From: a virus
Lineage: Duplodnaviria; Caudoviricetes
Reading direction: 5' to 3' (one strand)
DNA length: 64,000 nt
Virus record (IMG/VR): IMGVR_UViG_3300037361_000044
Location: 96,001 to 160,000 of that record
The translations under genes were made by a program, and so were the position numbers. How positions within the stretch are numbered: position 1 is the stretch's first letter; each line of letters begins with the position of its first letter. Positions 44,812 to 55,166 of this stretch are shown here, piece after piece. A model generated the notes under the pieces. That model saw nothing but the letters and a program-made list of their open reading frames with translations. It did not search any database and had not been told where the DNA came from.

Positions 44812-47800
44812 ATGGCGTACCTGGATCCCAACGAGGCATTTGACCACTTCAGAGACCGAACTCTGGAGGCGATAGGGAAGCAATTCCCGGTCGACGGCAT
44901 CAATCAGGTGCTGAGCTTGGAGCGGCTTGAAGTACCTGACGAGCTAAGTCCGGATGATATTCGCAGTCAGCACCACGCCAAGGTGAACGGCCAGACGTGG
45001 GGTGTTCCAATCATCGCGCACCTGGCATTGACGAACAAGCAGACCGGGGAAGTGACGCGCTCCCGTACACGGATTGCTGAGCTGCCAAAGGTCACTGGTA
45101 GGCACAGCCACATCGTCAATGGGCAGGAGTACCAGGTAGACAACCAGTGGCAGCTCAAGCCCGGAGCCTACGTGCGGCGTCGGCAGACGGGGCAGATCGA
45201 GACCATGTTTCAGTCAAGCAAACGCCCGTCTTTCGACGTCACGTTTGACGACGCCTCCAAGGAGTTCAAGGCTGAGCTCCCCGGTGGTAAGGCTATTGTG
45301 CCGTTGTACCCGCTGCTGTCCGCGCTCGGCGTACATGACGACGAGTTGGAGAGGGCCTGGGGTAAGGACATCCTGCAGACCAACAAGAGCTCGCGCAACG
45401 TGGCCGGCGCCGTGGCGCAGTACTACAAGACTACGAAGCGTGAGGAGCCCAAGAGCCACGAGGATGCAGTCAGGCACCTGGTCGACTCTCTGAAGCAGAC
45501 CGACCTACGTCCGGAGTCTACGGACATCACGCTGGGTAAGCCCATAGACCATGTGAACGGTGACGCATTGCTTAGGGCGACCAAGCGCATGCTGGCTGTA
45601 CAACGGGGTGAGGCGCAGGACGACCGCGACTCGCTGGTATTCAAGGACCTGCGAAGCGTGGGTGATTTCTCTCACGACAAGATCATGGCGGCCAGCGGTG
45701 ACATCCGCAGGAAGATGCAGCGCAAGATCAATAAGGCGACGAGCCCGCGGGATGTGGTCCCGTTCGAGGCGTTCAACAAGCCTATCCGTGAGACGTTCTT
45801 CAAGAACTCCGCGGCGCAGGTGGCTAAGCAAATCAACCCGGTGGAGATGGTCTCTACCGCGCAGCAGACCACAGTGATGGGCCCCGGCGGCATCCAGTCA
45901 GAGCAGCAGATTCTGGATGAGGTGAAGTTCGTAAACGCTTCCCACATGGGATTCCTGGACCCCATTCACACGCCAGAGGGCAGCAAGACTGGTGTGACGC
46001 TGCGTATGCCAATCAGCGTCACCCAGCACGGTCACGAGCCTAGGATACCCCTGTACAACATGCGTACGGGCAAGACCGAGCAGGTTGGTCCCGCTACGTT
46101 CCTCCGGTCGAAAGTGGTCCTACCAGATCAGGTGACGTGGGACGGCGACAAGCCAGTGGCTAAGTATCCTGCGGTGAAGTGGTCTACCACAGGCAATGAA
46201 GTTGCCGATGGCCATCTCAAGGATGCGGACTACGTGATGAAGCACTCCTCGCAGTTCTTCAACATCACTAGCAATCTCATCCCGTTCGTCAACAATACGT
46301 CTGGTGGCCGTGCGTCTATGGCCACACGACACATGGAGCAGTCCATTTCCTTGCTGCACCGTGAAGCCCCCATGGTGCAGGTGGGCACCGGCAGTAGTAC
46401 GGCAGGTAGCCGTACGTTCGAGGAGATCATTGGTTCACAGGCGTCGCATCGGTCTCCGGTGTCGGGCACGGTGAAGGCTGTGAAGCACGATGCCGTGGTG
46501 GTGACTGACCACTTGGGCAAGGACCACGAGGTTCAGGTCTACCGCAATTACCCGCTGAATGACGCGAAGTCGGTACTCGACTCCACCATTCTGGTGAAGC
46601 CCGGCGACAAGGTGAAAGCCTCGCAGGTGGTGGCCGACACAAACTTCTCGCGTAATGGCACCATCGCGCTGGGTACAAACCTGCGCGTCGGCTACATCCC
46701 CTACAAGGGGTACAACTTCGAGGATGGTGTAGTCATCAGCGAGAGCGCCGCCAAGAAGCTGAGTAGTGTGCACTTGTACAAGCACAAGGTCGGTGTTGAT
46801 GACGATACGGTCCTAGCCAAGCGGCACTACATGACACAGCACCCTGGTCTGTACAGTAGGGATCAGTTCTCCAAGATAGGCGACAACGGTTTGGCCGTGG
46901 TCGGTTCGAAGGTGCAGCCTGGAGACCCCCTTGTACTGTCCATGAAGAAGGCCGTCGTGAAGGACAGGACTGGTCTGTCCGCTATTCGCAAGAGCTTGGG
47001 AGAGACCTACTCGGATAGATCTTTGACCTGGGAGGGTGAAGGACCTGGCGAGGTTGTAAGCTCGTTCAAGAAGGATGGGGAAGTCGTTGTCCACGTGCGC
47101 GCGGTAGAGCCCATGCAAGTGGGTGACAAGATGGCGGGGCGCTATGGTAACAAAGGCATCGTCACCAAGATCGTGCCCGACCACGAGATGCCACATACCC
47201 CAGACGGGCGGCATATCGAGGTGGCGCTAAACCCCTCCGGCGTTCCCGGCCGCATGAACATTGGGCAGGTGCTTGAGACTGCCGCAAGCAAGATTGCGGA
47301 GAAGACAGGTAAGCCCTACGTTGTGCAGAACTTCGATGGCACGAACCAGCTGGAGACCATTCAGGCGGAGTTGAAGAAGCACGGCATTAGCGACGTAGAA
47401 GACCTGTACGACCCGATGAACAAGCAGAAGTTGGGATCGGCGCTGGTAGGCAACCAGCACATGATCAAGCTGCACCATCAAGTCGACAAGAAGGTGTCGG
47501 TACGCTCTGGGCTCAACTTGCCAGGCGGCGGCGTAGAGAAGTACAACTCCAACCTGCAGCCCACAGGCGGTGGTCATTCTGGTGGGCAGTCCATGGACCC
47601 GCTAGGGTTGTACTCGCTACTGGCGCACGGCGCTCGAGCGAACATCCGAGAGATGCAGACATGGAAAAGCGAAGGACCGGACATGTCTGCCTCCGCCGCA
47701 AAGCAGTGGCAGAGTCAGCATCACGATGTGTGGGATGCCATTCAGCACGGTGACCCGTTGCCAACTCCCAAGCCTACATTCGCCTTCAAGAAGTTCACGG

Positions 47801-50800
47801 ACATGCTGACGGGTGCTGGCATCAACATCGAGAAGCACGGGCACGAGTTTGTGCTTACGCCACTCACCAATCAGCAGATCCATGCGTTGACGGGTGACCG
47901 TGTGCTGCCGAAGCCCGCTGAGCTGCTCTATGCCAAGCCCGATCCCAAGACGGGTGAGCCCCGCCCAAAGCCAGGTGGGTTATTCGACGAGCGGTTGACC
48001 GGTGGGCACGGCGGCAAGAAGTGGAGTCGAATGACTTTGGCAGAGCCGGTACCGAATCCGGTGTTTGCCGAGTCCATTCGAATGCTGGCTGGGTTATCGA
48101 ACGAGCACTACACCGGGCTGGTACATGGCACGCATGTACTGGGCGCGGACGGCAAGGTTGTACCTATGGGCCCCGGTATTACTGGGCAGGCCGGTGGTGC
48201 TGCCGTCGAAACCCTGCTGCACAAGGTGGACATCGACAAGGATTTGGCCGCCGCGCGCAAAGCCTTGGATACGCTTCCTGCATCCAAGGTCGACAAGACT
48301 TTGAAGAAGGTGAAGCGGCTACAGGCGTTGAAGGACGCAGGACTTGGTGCAGCGGAGGCGTACATACTGCACTCGCTGCCTATTGTCCCTCCGGCGATGC
48401 GCCCCATCACCGTAATGCATGACGGTAGCTTCAAGTTTGATGATATCAACCAGCTGTATTCTCAGTTAGCGCAGAACAACAGCCAGCTGCAGGACCCCAC
48501 GCTGCGTGACAACCTGCTACCCGAGCGCCGTAGGGACCTACGCAGGGACTTGTACGACGGGGTTGGCGCCGTCATGGGCGTAGGCGTTCCGTATGCGGAT
48601 GCTGCGCACAAGGGCTTGATTCACCAGATCCAAGGGGCGGCTCCGAAGACTGGTTACTTCCAGAGCACGCTCATCAGCCGCAAGCAGGACTTGAGCATGC
48701 GCTCCACGATTGTCCCGGAACCAGCCCTGTCCCTGGACGAGATCGGGCTGCCCAAGGAACACGCTATGAAGCTGTTCTCCCCCTTCGTGGTAGGCGAGCT
48801 GCGCAAGTCTGGCATGGCACTGAACGTGGCTGACGCGCAGAGCATGGTGGCGAAGAACGCGCCAGCGGCTCAGCGGGCATTGCAGCGGGTGATGACGGAT
48901 CGTCCTGTGCTCTTGAAGCGTGATCCGGCCCTGCACAAGTACAGCGTACAGGCGTTCAAGCCGCGAGTGGTGGACGGTAACGCCATCAAGATTCATCCGC
49001 TAGTGACCGGCGGGTACAACGCGGACTTTGACGGCGACACCATGAGCGTGTTCGTACCTATCGGGCAGGACGCGGTGGCGGAGGCGCACAAGATGCTGCC
49101 CTCGAACAACTTGTTCAGCGAGGCTACAGGGAAGGTCATGTACCAACCCACCCTCGAGTCGGCGCTAGGGTTGTACAAGCTGTCGCGGGTCACTGACGCC
49201 AAGGTTCACCATGTGCAGCACCCAGCTGATGCCATCAAACTCGTGCAGACGGGCAAGCTGTCCGTCAACGACAGGGTGCAGTATGGGGGCCAGGTGACCA
49301 CCACTGGTCGCATTCTGATGGCAGCAGCGCTACCTGAGCCCATGCAGCAGTCCATTCTAGGAGACCTGCATAAAAGCCTGGATAAGAAGGGCCTCGACAC
49401 GCTGCTGACGCAGGTGGCTCGGGAGCATTCCGGGGACTACGGCTCTGTAGCAGACAAGCTGAAGGACATTGGCAACGGTGCCGCTAGTGGCGTCGTGACG
49501 GTGGAGCACAACAACTACACTGGAGACCACCGGTTGGACCCCCAGAAGCGGACGTATGTGCCAGTCGGGGTTCACACGTTGGCTCTGTCCGACTTCACCC
49601 CGGACATCGCTACGCGCGAGCATGTGTTGGCTCCTGTCCGCGTGGAGGTTGCCAAGATCAAGGGCAGCAGCATGACGCAGTACGCCAAGGACGCGGCAAC
49701 CGTGCGTGCCTGGTCAGCGGCAGACCAGCAGATGCAGAAGGACCACATGGCGAAGGCCACAGACAAGCCCTCGAACCTCATGACAATGCACTTGGCTGGC
49801 GTGAAGCCAGGCTGGGGGCAGTACAAGCAACTAACCCTCGCTCCGATGCTGGTGGCAGACGCATCAGGCCGCACTATCCCCGTGCCAATCACCAAGAGCT
49901 ACGCAGAGGGGCTGGACACGGGGGACTACTGGAACCAGATGCACGGGGCCCGTCGAGGGGCTGTGATGAAGGTCCAGGAAGTCCGTGAACCTGGTTACCT
50001 GTCGAAGCTGCTCATGGCCAACACCATGGACATGGTCGTCAATGGGGAGGATTGTGGTACCACGCGTGGCATTGCGCTGCCGGTCACAGACTCGGATGTG
50101 CATGACCGCATCCTGCAGAAGGACTTCAGCGTAAAGGGCGTGCACATCCCTGCCGGCACGATGCTGACGCCAAACCTGGTGTCTCGCATGCGTGCGGTGA
50201 GTCCCCGCGAGCAGATTGTGGTGCGGAGTCCGTTGAAGTGCGAGCACGCGAAGGGGGTTTGCCAGAAGTGCATGGGACTGTCATCGGACGGGAACATGCA
50301 TCAGATCGGCGAGAACATCGGTGTGTCAGCCGCGCAGTCGCTGGGGGAGCGCGCAGTGCAGCTGACTATGCGTGTGTTCCACACAGGCGGCACGGTGGAT
50401 ACCGGGGGTGGCTCCAAGGTGCTTGGGGAGTTTGACCGGTTGAATCAGCTCATGATGCTGCCAAAGCACATTGCCGATTCGTCCACACTTGCCATGCACA
50501 CGGGCACCATCGAGAAGATAGAGCCCACGGCGACCGGCGTCACCGTCTACATCTCCGGCAAGAAGCACCACGTGGGCAAGGACGCCAAGGGCGCCCCGCT
50601 GTGGAAACCTCTCGTGGACGCGGCCCCTGGCTGGGCTCCGCCAAAGGTGGGGATGCAGGTTACCAAGGGGCAGGTGTTGAGCGATCCATTGCGTACTCTG
50701 GTGAACCCACACGACCTGTACAAGGCCACTGGCAACATGGAGACCGTCCAGAACTACTTGGCGGACCAGGTGCATGCTCTGTACAAGGGTGAGGGCATCA

Positions 50801-51213
50801 AGCGCAAGCACGTGGAGACCGTGGTGAAGGCCATGAGCAACCTCACCAAGATCGAGGCGGCTGGGGATTACCCAGGTGTCCTCCGCGGGGAGTTTCATCC
50901 GACTTCTAAGATTGCCGCGCTGAACAGGGAGCTCATCCGGGCTGGAAAGACGCCCATCGAGCACAAGCCTGTACTGAAGGGGGTGGACATCATGCCGCTT
51001 TCGGTGCAGGAAGACTGGATGGCCAAGATGCAGCACATCCGGTTGAGCAAGACCCTGCTCGACGCGGCGGCCACGGGTGGTACATCGAACATCCACAGCT
51101 TGCACCCTATCCCCGGCATGGCCTACGGCGCTGAATTCGGTCTGAATCAGGAGCACGCCAAGAAGCGTCTGGCTTTGTCGCACCTACATGACGTGAAGGG
51201 ACACGAGTACTGA
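44812..51213 (+). CDS. rpoBC: Fused DNA-directed RNA polymerase beta-beta' subunit (single polypeptide)
   Basis: Beta motifs: TPEG, GYNFEDG, GDKMAGRYGNKG, NPSGVPGRMNIGQ. Beta' motifs: KRDPALH, NADFDGD (49018-49038), PGYLSK, DCGT, RSPLKC..GVCQKC, AAQSLGE..QLTMRVFHTGG. Confidence 0.95.
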   Translation: MAYLDPNEAFDHFRDRTLEAIGKQFPVDGINQVLSLERLEVPDELSPDDIRSQHHAKVNGQTWGVPIIAHLALTNKQTGEVTRSRTRIAELPKVTGRHSHIVNGQEYQVDNQWQLKPGAYVRRRQTGQIETMFQSSKRPSFDVTFDDASKEFKAELPGGKAIVPLYPLLSALGVHDDELERAWGKDILQTNKSSRNVAGAVAQYYKTTKREEPKSHEDAVRHLVDSLKQTDLRPESTDITLGKPIDHVNGDALLRATKRMLAVQRGEAQDDRDSLVFKDLRSVGDFSHDKIMAASGDIRRKMQRKINKATSPRDVVPFEAFNKPIRETFFKNSAAQVAKQINPVEMVSTAQQTTVMGPGGIQSEQQILDEVKFVNASHMGFLDPIHTPEGSKTGVTLRMPISVTQHGHEPRIPLYNMRTGKTEQVGPATFLRSKVVLPDQVTWDGDKPVAKYPAVKWSTTGNEVADGHLKDADYVMKHSSQFFNITSNLIPFVNNTSGGRASMATRHMEQSISLLHREAPMVQVGTGSSTAGSRTFEEIIGSQASHRSPVSGTVKAVKHDAVVVTDHLGKDHEVQVYRNYPLNDAKSVLDSTILVKPGDKVKASQVVADTNFSRNGTIALGTNLRVGYIPYKGYNFEDGVVISESAAKKLSSVHLYKHKVGVDDDTVLAKRHYMTQHPGLYSRDQFSKIGDNGLAVVGSKVQPGDPLVLSMKKAVVKDRTGLSAIRKSLGETYSDRSLTWEGEGPGEVVSSFKKDGEVVVHVRAVEPMQVGDKMAGRYGNKGIVTKIVPDHEMPHTPDGRHIEVALNPSGVPGRMNIGQVLETAASKIAEKTGKPYVVQNFDGTNQLETIQAELKKHGISDVEDLYDPMNKQKLGSALVGNQHMIKLHHQVDKKVSVRSGLNLPGGGVEKYNSNLQPTGGGHSGGQSMDPLGLYSLLAHGARANIREMQTWKSEGPDMSASAAKQWQSQHHDVWDAIQHGDPLPTPKPTFAFKKFTDMLTGAGINIEKHGHEFVLTPLTNQQIHALTGDRVLPKPAELLYAKPDPKTGEPRPKPGGLFDERLTGGHGGKKWSRMTLAEPVPNPVFAESIRMLAGLSNEHYTGLVHGTHVLGADGKVVPMGPGITGQAGGAAVETLLHKVDIDKDLAAARKALDTLPASKVDKTLKKVKRLQALKDAGLGAAEAYILHSLPIVPPAMRPITVMHDGSFKFDDINQLYSQLAQNNSQLQDPTLRDNLLPERRRDLRRDLYDGVGAVMGVGVPYADAAHKGLIHQIQGAAPKTGYFQSTLISRKQDLSMRSTIVPEPALSLDEIGLPKEHAMKLFSPFVVGELRKSGMALNVADAQSMVAKNAPAAQRALQRVMTDRPVLLKRDPALHKYSVQAFKPRVVDGNAIKIHPLVTGGYNADFDGDTMSVFVPIGQDAVAEAHKMLPSNNLFSEATGKVMYQPTLESALGLYKLSRVTDAKVHHVQHPADAIKLVQTGKLSVNDRVQYGGQVTTTGRILMAAALPEPMQQSILGDLHKSLDKKGLDTLLTQVAREHSGDYGSVADKLKDIGNGAASGVVTVEHNNYTGDHRLDPQKRTYVPVGVHTLALSDFTPDIATREHVLAPVRVEVAKIKGSSMTQYAKDAATVRAWSAADQQMQKDHMAKATDKPSNLMTMHLAGVKPGWGQYKQLTLAPMLVADASGRTIPVPITKSYAEGLDTGDYWNQMHGARRGAVMKVQEVREPGYLSKLLMANTMDMVVNGEDCGTTRGIALPVTDSDVHDRILQKDFSVKGVHIPAGTMLTPNLVSRMRAVSPREQIVVRSPLKCEHAKGVCQKCMGLSSDGNMHQIGENIGVSAAQSLGERAVQLTMRVFHTGGTVDTGGGSKVLGEFDRLNQLMMLPKHIADSSTLAMHTGTIEKIEPTATGVTVYISGKKHHVGKDAKGAPLWKPLVDAAPGWAPPKVGMQVTKGQVLSDPLRTLVNPHDLYKATGNMETVQNYLADQVHALYKGEGIKRKHVETVVKAMSNLTKIEAAGDYPGVLRGEFHPTSKIAALNRELIRAGKTPIEHKPVLKGVDIMPLSVQEDWMAKMQHIRLSKTLLDAAATGGTSNIHSLHPIPGMAYGAEFGLNQEHAKKRLALSHLHDVKGHEY

Positions 51214-52466
51214 TGCGCGGAGGCATGAAAGCAGCAAGAGGTGGTCGACACCCCCGCACGGAGTTCCGTACCAGCATGACCTCACCGGAGGGCTTGGGGG
51301 AGACGGACATCTTCATGTGCCGCGTGGTGAATGTGGATCTGGTGAACTACACGGTGGACGTGTACAGCCAGTTCGACCAGATGAGCATCCCAGCGGTGCC
51401 CATCGGCTCTCCATACCTGCACCCGAATCGAGGTGACGGCTTTTCTGTGACGCCGGAGGTGGGTTCGAAGTGCGCGGTGTGCTGGCCGGGGGACAGCTCC
51501 CCTCCTTTCATCATGGCCTTTGTGATGCCGCACGAGACAGTGCCCATGTCGGGCAGTACCGACGCACCCAATGGTACGTCTGATCGTGCCAGCTCCAACC
51601 AGGCGCCGACTTCTGCAAGCTTTGCTGGGGGTCGTGAAAAGGGCAAACCTGGCGACATGGGGATGCGCGGCAGGGATGGCCAGTTCATTATCCTGCATCG
51701 TGGCGGGGTGCTGCAGGTAGGCAGCACCGAGCTTGCGCAACGCTTGTACATACCACTGAACAACCTTGTAATGGATGTGGCTGAGAACTACGCCATGTAC
51801 AACTCTGGTGGTTCAATCAAGTGGGGAATACAAGAGGGCGAAGGCGAGACCAAGCTACCAGCTGAGTTCAAGCAGACGTTTCGTGTGTACGCCAACGAGC
51901 AGTACGCAGACGTGCGCGTGGGTGTTGGGCGACTGCATGACCCCGTACCCGAGACGGATGAGGATGGCATCACTGACCTGCAGGCGGCTGGCGTAGGCAA
52001 GACTGAGCCCGTGGTCTACGAGATGGCTTTGGCCCGCAATGGGTTCAAGGCAGAGGACGGGGCGCTTCTGGCAGGCACCGGTAGTCTGGTGAAGCTGCGT
52101 CTCGTATTCGACCGCGCCGGCAACACGTTCATGCGAATGGACGGCAACGTCAGCATCTTGTGCAAGAAGAAGCTGCGCGTGCGTGTGAAGGGCGAGCTCG
52201 AGGTCTTTGCCGACAACTCCTTCAGCATGACGGTGGCTCAGGGGGCCAAGGTCACCGTAGGTGGAAGCTTGGAGATCTCGGCGCCTGTCATTCGAATCAA
52301 CGGCGGAGACAAGCCCTTCGCCAGGGTGGGGGACCAGGTATCGGTGACGCTGCCGCCCACGCTGCTCATGGTGTCTCCGACACCACCAGGCTTCTCACCA
52401 ATCCCGCCAGGACTCAACACAACTATCGGCGTAATCACCAGCGGCCGCGCTGACTTCTTGGGCTAA
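51213..52466 (+). CDS. Baseplate central spike (gp5/gpV-like) with PAAR-like C-terminus
   Basis: N-terminal OB-like fold (PEVGS.C.V), beta-helix repeats, KPFARVGD...GVITSG. Confidence 0.6.
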   Translation: MRGGMKAARGGRHPRTEFRTSMTSPEGLGETDIFMCRVVNVDLVNYTVDVYSQFDQMSIPAVPIGSPYLHPNRGDGFSVTPEVGSKCAVCWPGDSSPPFIMAFVMPHETVPMSGSTDAPNGTSDRASSNQAPTSASFAGGREKGKPGDMGMRGRDGQFIILHRGGVLQVGSTELAQRLYIPLNNLVMDVAENYAMYNSGGSIKWGIQEGEGETKLPAEFKQTFRVYANEQYADVRVGVGRLHDPVPETDEDGITDLQAAGVGKTEPVVYEMALARNGFKAEDGALLAGTGSLVKLRLVFDRAGNTFMRMDGNVSILCKKKLRVRVKGELEVFADNSFSMTVAQGAKVTVGGSLEISAPVIRINGGDKPFARVGDQVSVTLPPTLLMVSPTPPGFSPIPPGLNTTIGVITSGRADFLG

Positions 52467-53111
52467 ATGGCAGTACAAGACATTGGCAGTTACACCTTGG
52501 GTGGCATCAACATCGGCCTAGCTGTGGGCATCGGTTTGATAAACCCGCTGCTGCTCCAGTTGGACCTTATGCTGACTGGGCAGTTCGGGTTGGGCCCTAT
52601 GCTGGCAGACATCCAGCTACAGTTCAGCGCTGCCATCTCGGCCGTGCTGCAGATGTCTCTTGGCATCAGCAACCCCTTCGCGGCGATACAAGCGCTCATC
52701 CTAGCTGTGGCCCAGCTGCAGGCATCACTGGCAGTGGCCCTATCTTTTGGGTTGCCCACGGTGTCCTTGCAGATAGGCGCACAGATCGCGGCGATGGCTG
52801 CCCTGAGCGGTGCGTTGGCCCTGAAGCTGGGAGGTATCCGGGCGCTCCTTGCGGTGGGGCTGGGCGTGAAGATCCCTGTTGTGAAGTTCGTGGGGCAGAT
52901 GTCTGGGGCACTTAGCGCGGGACCCGCGCACCTGCTGTCCTTCACGGGGACCACATTGGCTGTTGCCGGCGCTGAGATAGCCTCCCAGTTCTCTTCGGGC
53001 CTTGGCCCAGACGATCCCCTTTTACCTACCGACCTGGTAGATGGCATTATCATAGTGACCAAGGACCCTGCCGTTTTTCAGGCGCTGGGCCTATTATTGA
53101 AGACGTCCTAG
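52467..53111 (+). CDS. Hydrophobic virion/baseplate-associated protein
   Basis: Leu/Ala-rich; abuts the spike gene. Confidence 0.5.
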   Translation: MAVQDIGSYTLGGINIGLAVGIGLINPLLLQLDLMLTGQFGLGPMLADIQLQFSAAISAVLQMSLGISNPFAAIQALILAVAQLQASLAVALSFGLPTVSLQIGAQIAAMAALSGALALKLGGIRALLAVGLGVKIPVVKFVGQMSGALSAGPAHLLSFTGTTLAVAGAEIASQFSSGLGPDDPLLPTDLVDGIIIVTKDPAVFQALGLLLKTS

Positions 53112-53123
53112 GAGACCCCTCGC

Positions 53124-55166
53124 ATGCCCCAGCTATTCCGCACCACGCAGCTCGAATTCAACAAGACGGCCGCAGAGACCGCGCTGCCTGAGGAGCCCAA
53201 CGCCTGGCCCGATGCGGTGCTCCAGGAACTATACAAGCAGGTACCATACTTGGCTGACTTCGACCTCGAGGTTGTAATGACCGCGGTCGATGGTGAGCGC
53301 GGGTACGGTCTTGGGCATGTGGAGGTCTCGAGCAAGACCGAAGCGCCAATGACCGCGCCAAGTGAGCAGCTTCAAGCTGCGGGCATTCGAAAGTCCCGTA
53401 TTCCCGTGATCATCAAGGACAGCAAGCTGCTGCCCTTTGACATCCTGGTCACCGACGACTCCAAGGCGCTGCCCCTTACCGAAGGGCGACTGCGCCAGGC
53501 CATGTTCCGCCCGCAGAACTTCGACGTTACCTCGAAGACGCCCGGAGACCAGTCCATGATCGGCCAGCTGTACCCGCCTTTCCGCCAGAACTACGGGTTC
53601 GGTGGTGGTGGCGTTGCCACCAGCGCAGGCATGGGCGGTAAGACGGCTTCGGTCATGTTCAAAGAGGCGTCTGCTTCCATCCTGACGGGGGTGCTGTCCA
53701 CGGCGAATGTCACGGACCTGGCTGCCTTCGGAGAGGCGCTACAGGACGAGATGCTGAAGCAAGCCTTCATCGAGAACCCAGGTGCGTACGACGCGCTAGT
53801 GAAAGTGGCGGAGGCCAAGCCCTCGAGTACTGAGAAGCTGGCGTCGGCCATCCGCTACGGAATCCGCCCCAGTGTTGAGCAGATTGGCAGCGTCGGGGAC
53901 GGGACGTATTTCCGTAAGACCGCAAGCCACCATGCGTGGGACCCCAGCACGGAGATCCTCGACCGCGGGGAGCTGGTTGCTAGGTACGGGGTGAAGTTGG
54001 CGTTGGCCGCAGATACCGCCGGTGCCTTGACCCTCGCGCCCGACGGCGCAGGCCCCGTTGCCGAGGAGCCCGCACCGGGAGCTGGTGCCGGTCCGATCTC
54101 AGCCCCAGGCATGTACCAGGTGCAGACCACGGATGGGCAATCCCTTGCCGGTGCTGTCATCACCAATCTGCTTGATGTGGACGGTACGGCGCTTCCCATC
54201 TCCCTATTTGTGGATGGTCAGCACGCCGCGGTGCAGTCCGACATCTCTGGCAGCCCCATTGGGGAGTTCTCCCCTCCTGGAGCAGTCCCGGCCGAGCAGG
54301 CCAGTGGTAAGGGCGTGTTCTACTTCGAGGCTGGCGGTATCCCCACCGCCACCATACCGCTGTCCCTTGGGGCCACTGTGGCGCCGCTGCCTGGCGCCGA
54401 GGACACGGCTCACTTCGATGCCCAGACCTTCGATGGCCGTCAAATCAGCGTCAGCATTCAGGGGTATGTCGCTACCGTGGTCGGTGTGGAAGACCAGATG
54501 ATCATTCCCGACAGCTGGCAGTGGATCCCCCTCGACGCCGCGGAGGAGGTCACGCTGGCGGAGACCCCCGGAGAGGTGGGCAAGGTGGCTTCCGTCGCAC
54601 AGCGTTGCACCACGGTGGACATCCTGGCTGGTGGTGTCGATAGCTATGCGCTGCGGGGCATGCCGGTTGAGAAGCTGGCGTCCGATGATCGGAACTTCCT
54701 GACGCAGGACCAGGCGTTATTCGTTTTGGTTGGCTGCGGGGCCGACCCGCAGCAAGCCCAGCAGAAGCTGGCGCAGGCGCTTTCCGTACCCTCCCGCAAG
54801 ACCAGCATGCAGGTTGCCAATCAGCTGAAGATGGCCGCAGAGGTGCGGGGTGAAAGCTACCTGCAGGCTTCGAAGTACTTGGACAATATGCCAGTACATC
54901 GGGTGCGCATGTGGAAGGAAGCCGCGGTCATCCCCGACCCGGTTGCCGTGGACACCGTGCTCAGCCTGGGCTTCCTAAATCCCGAGAATATCTCCGCCTT
55001 CGTTGGGTACCTACCCACACTGGATGAGGCACAACGGCGCATGTGCGAGCTGCTGATTGGGGCACGCTTGGGTCTTCGGGAGCTGTCCGATGGGGCGCTC
55101 GAGCGTGCCATCCGGGCAGTAGAAGATGTAGTTGAAGGCCTCAAGGTCATAGCTTTCCAGGGCTAA
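53124..55166 (+). CDS. Head-module protein rich in K-x-A motifs
   Basis: About 13 KxA(S/A) motifs; C-terminal D..AVDTVLSLGFLNPENI. Confidence 0.6.
   Translation: MPQLFRTTQLEFNKTAAETALPEEPNAWPDAVLQELYKQVPYLADFDLEVVMTAVDGERGYGLGHVEVSSKTEAPMTAPSEQLQAAGIRKSRIPVIIKDSKLLPFDILVTDDSKALPLTEGRLRQAMFRPQNFDVTSKTPGDQSMIGQLYPPFRQNYGFGGGGVATSAGMGGKTASVMFKEASASILTGVLSTANVTDLAAFGEALQDEMLKQAFIENPGAYDALVKVAEAKPSSTEKLASAIRYGIRPSVEQIGSVGDGTYFRKTASHHAWDPSTEILDRGELVARYGVKLALAADTAGALTLAPDGAGPVAEEPAPGAGAGPISAPGMYQVQTTDGQSLAGAVITNLLDVDGTALPISLFVDGQHAAVQSDISGSPIGEFSPPGAVPAEQASGKGVFYFEAGGIPTATIPLSLGATVAPLPGAEDTAHFDAQTFDGRQISVSIQGYVATVVGVEDQMIIPDSWQWIPLDAAEEVTLAETPGEVGKVASVAQRCTTVDILAGGVDSYALRGMPVEKLASDDRNFLTQDQALFVLVGCGADPQQAQQKLAQALSVPSRKTSMQVANQLKMAAEVRGESYLQASKYLDNMPVHRVRMWKEAAVIPDPVAVDTVLSLGFLNPENISAFVGYLPTLDEAQRRMCELLIGARLGLRELSDGALERAIRAVEDVVEGLKVIAFQG

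Noticed and set aside
50326-51183. Long antisense ORFs (for example 50326..51183, 62048..62908, 37160..37960, 2907..3719)
   Set aside because: Shadow ORFs of GC-rich genes with no recognisable motifs.
44812-51213. Bacterial chromosomal rpoBC locus
   Set aside because: No flanking ribosomal-protein genes; it is embedded among portal, spike and terminase genes and is strongly reduced.
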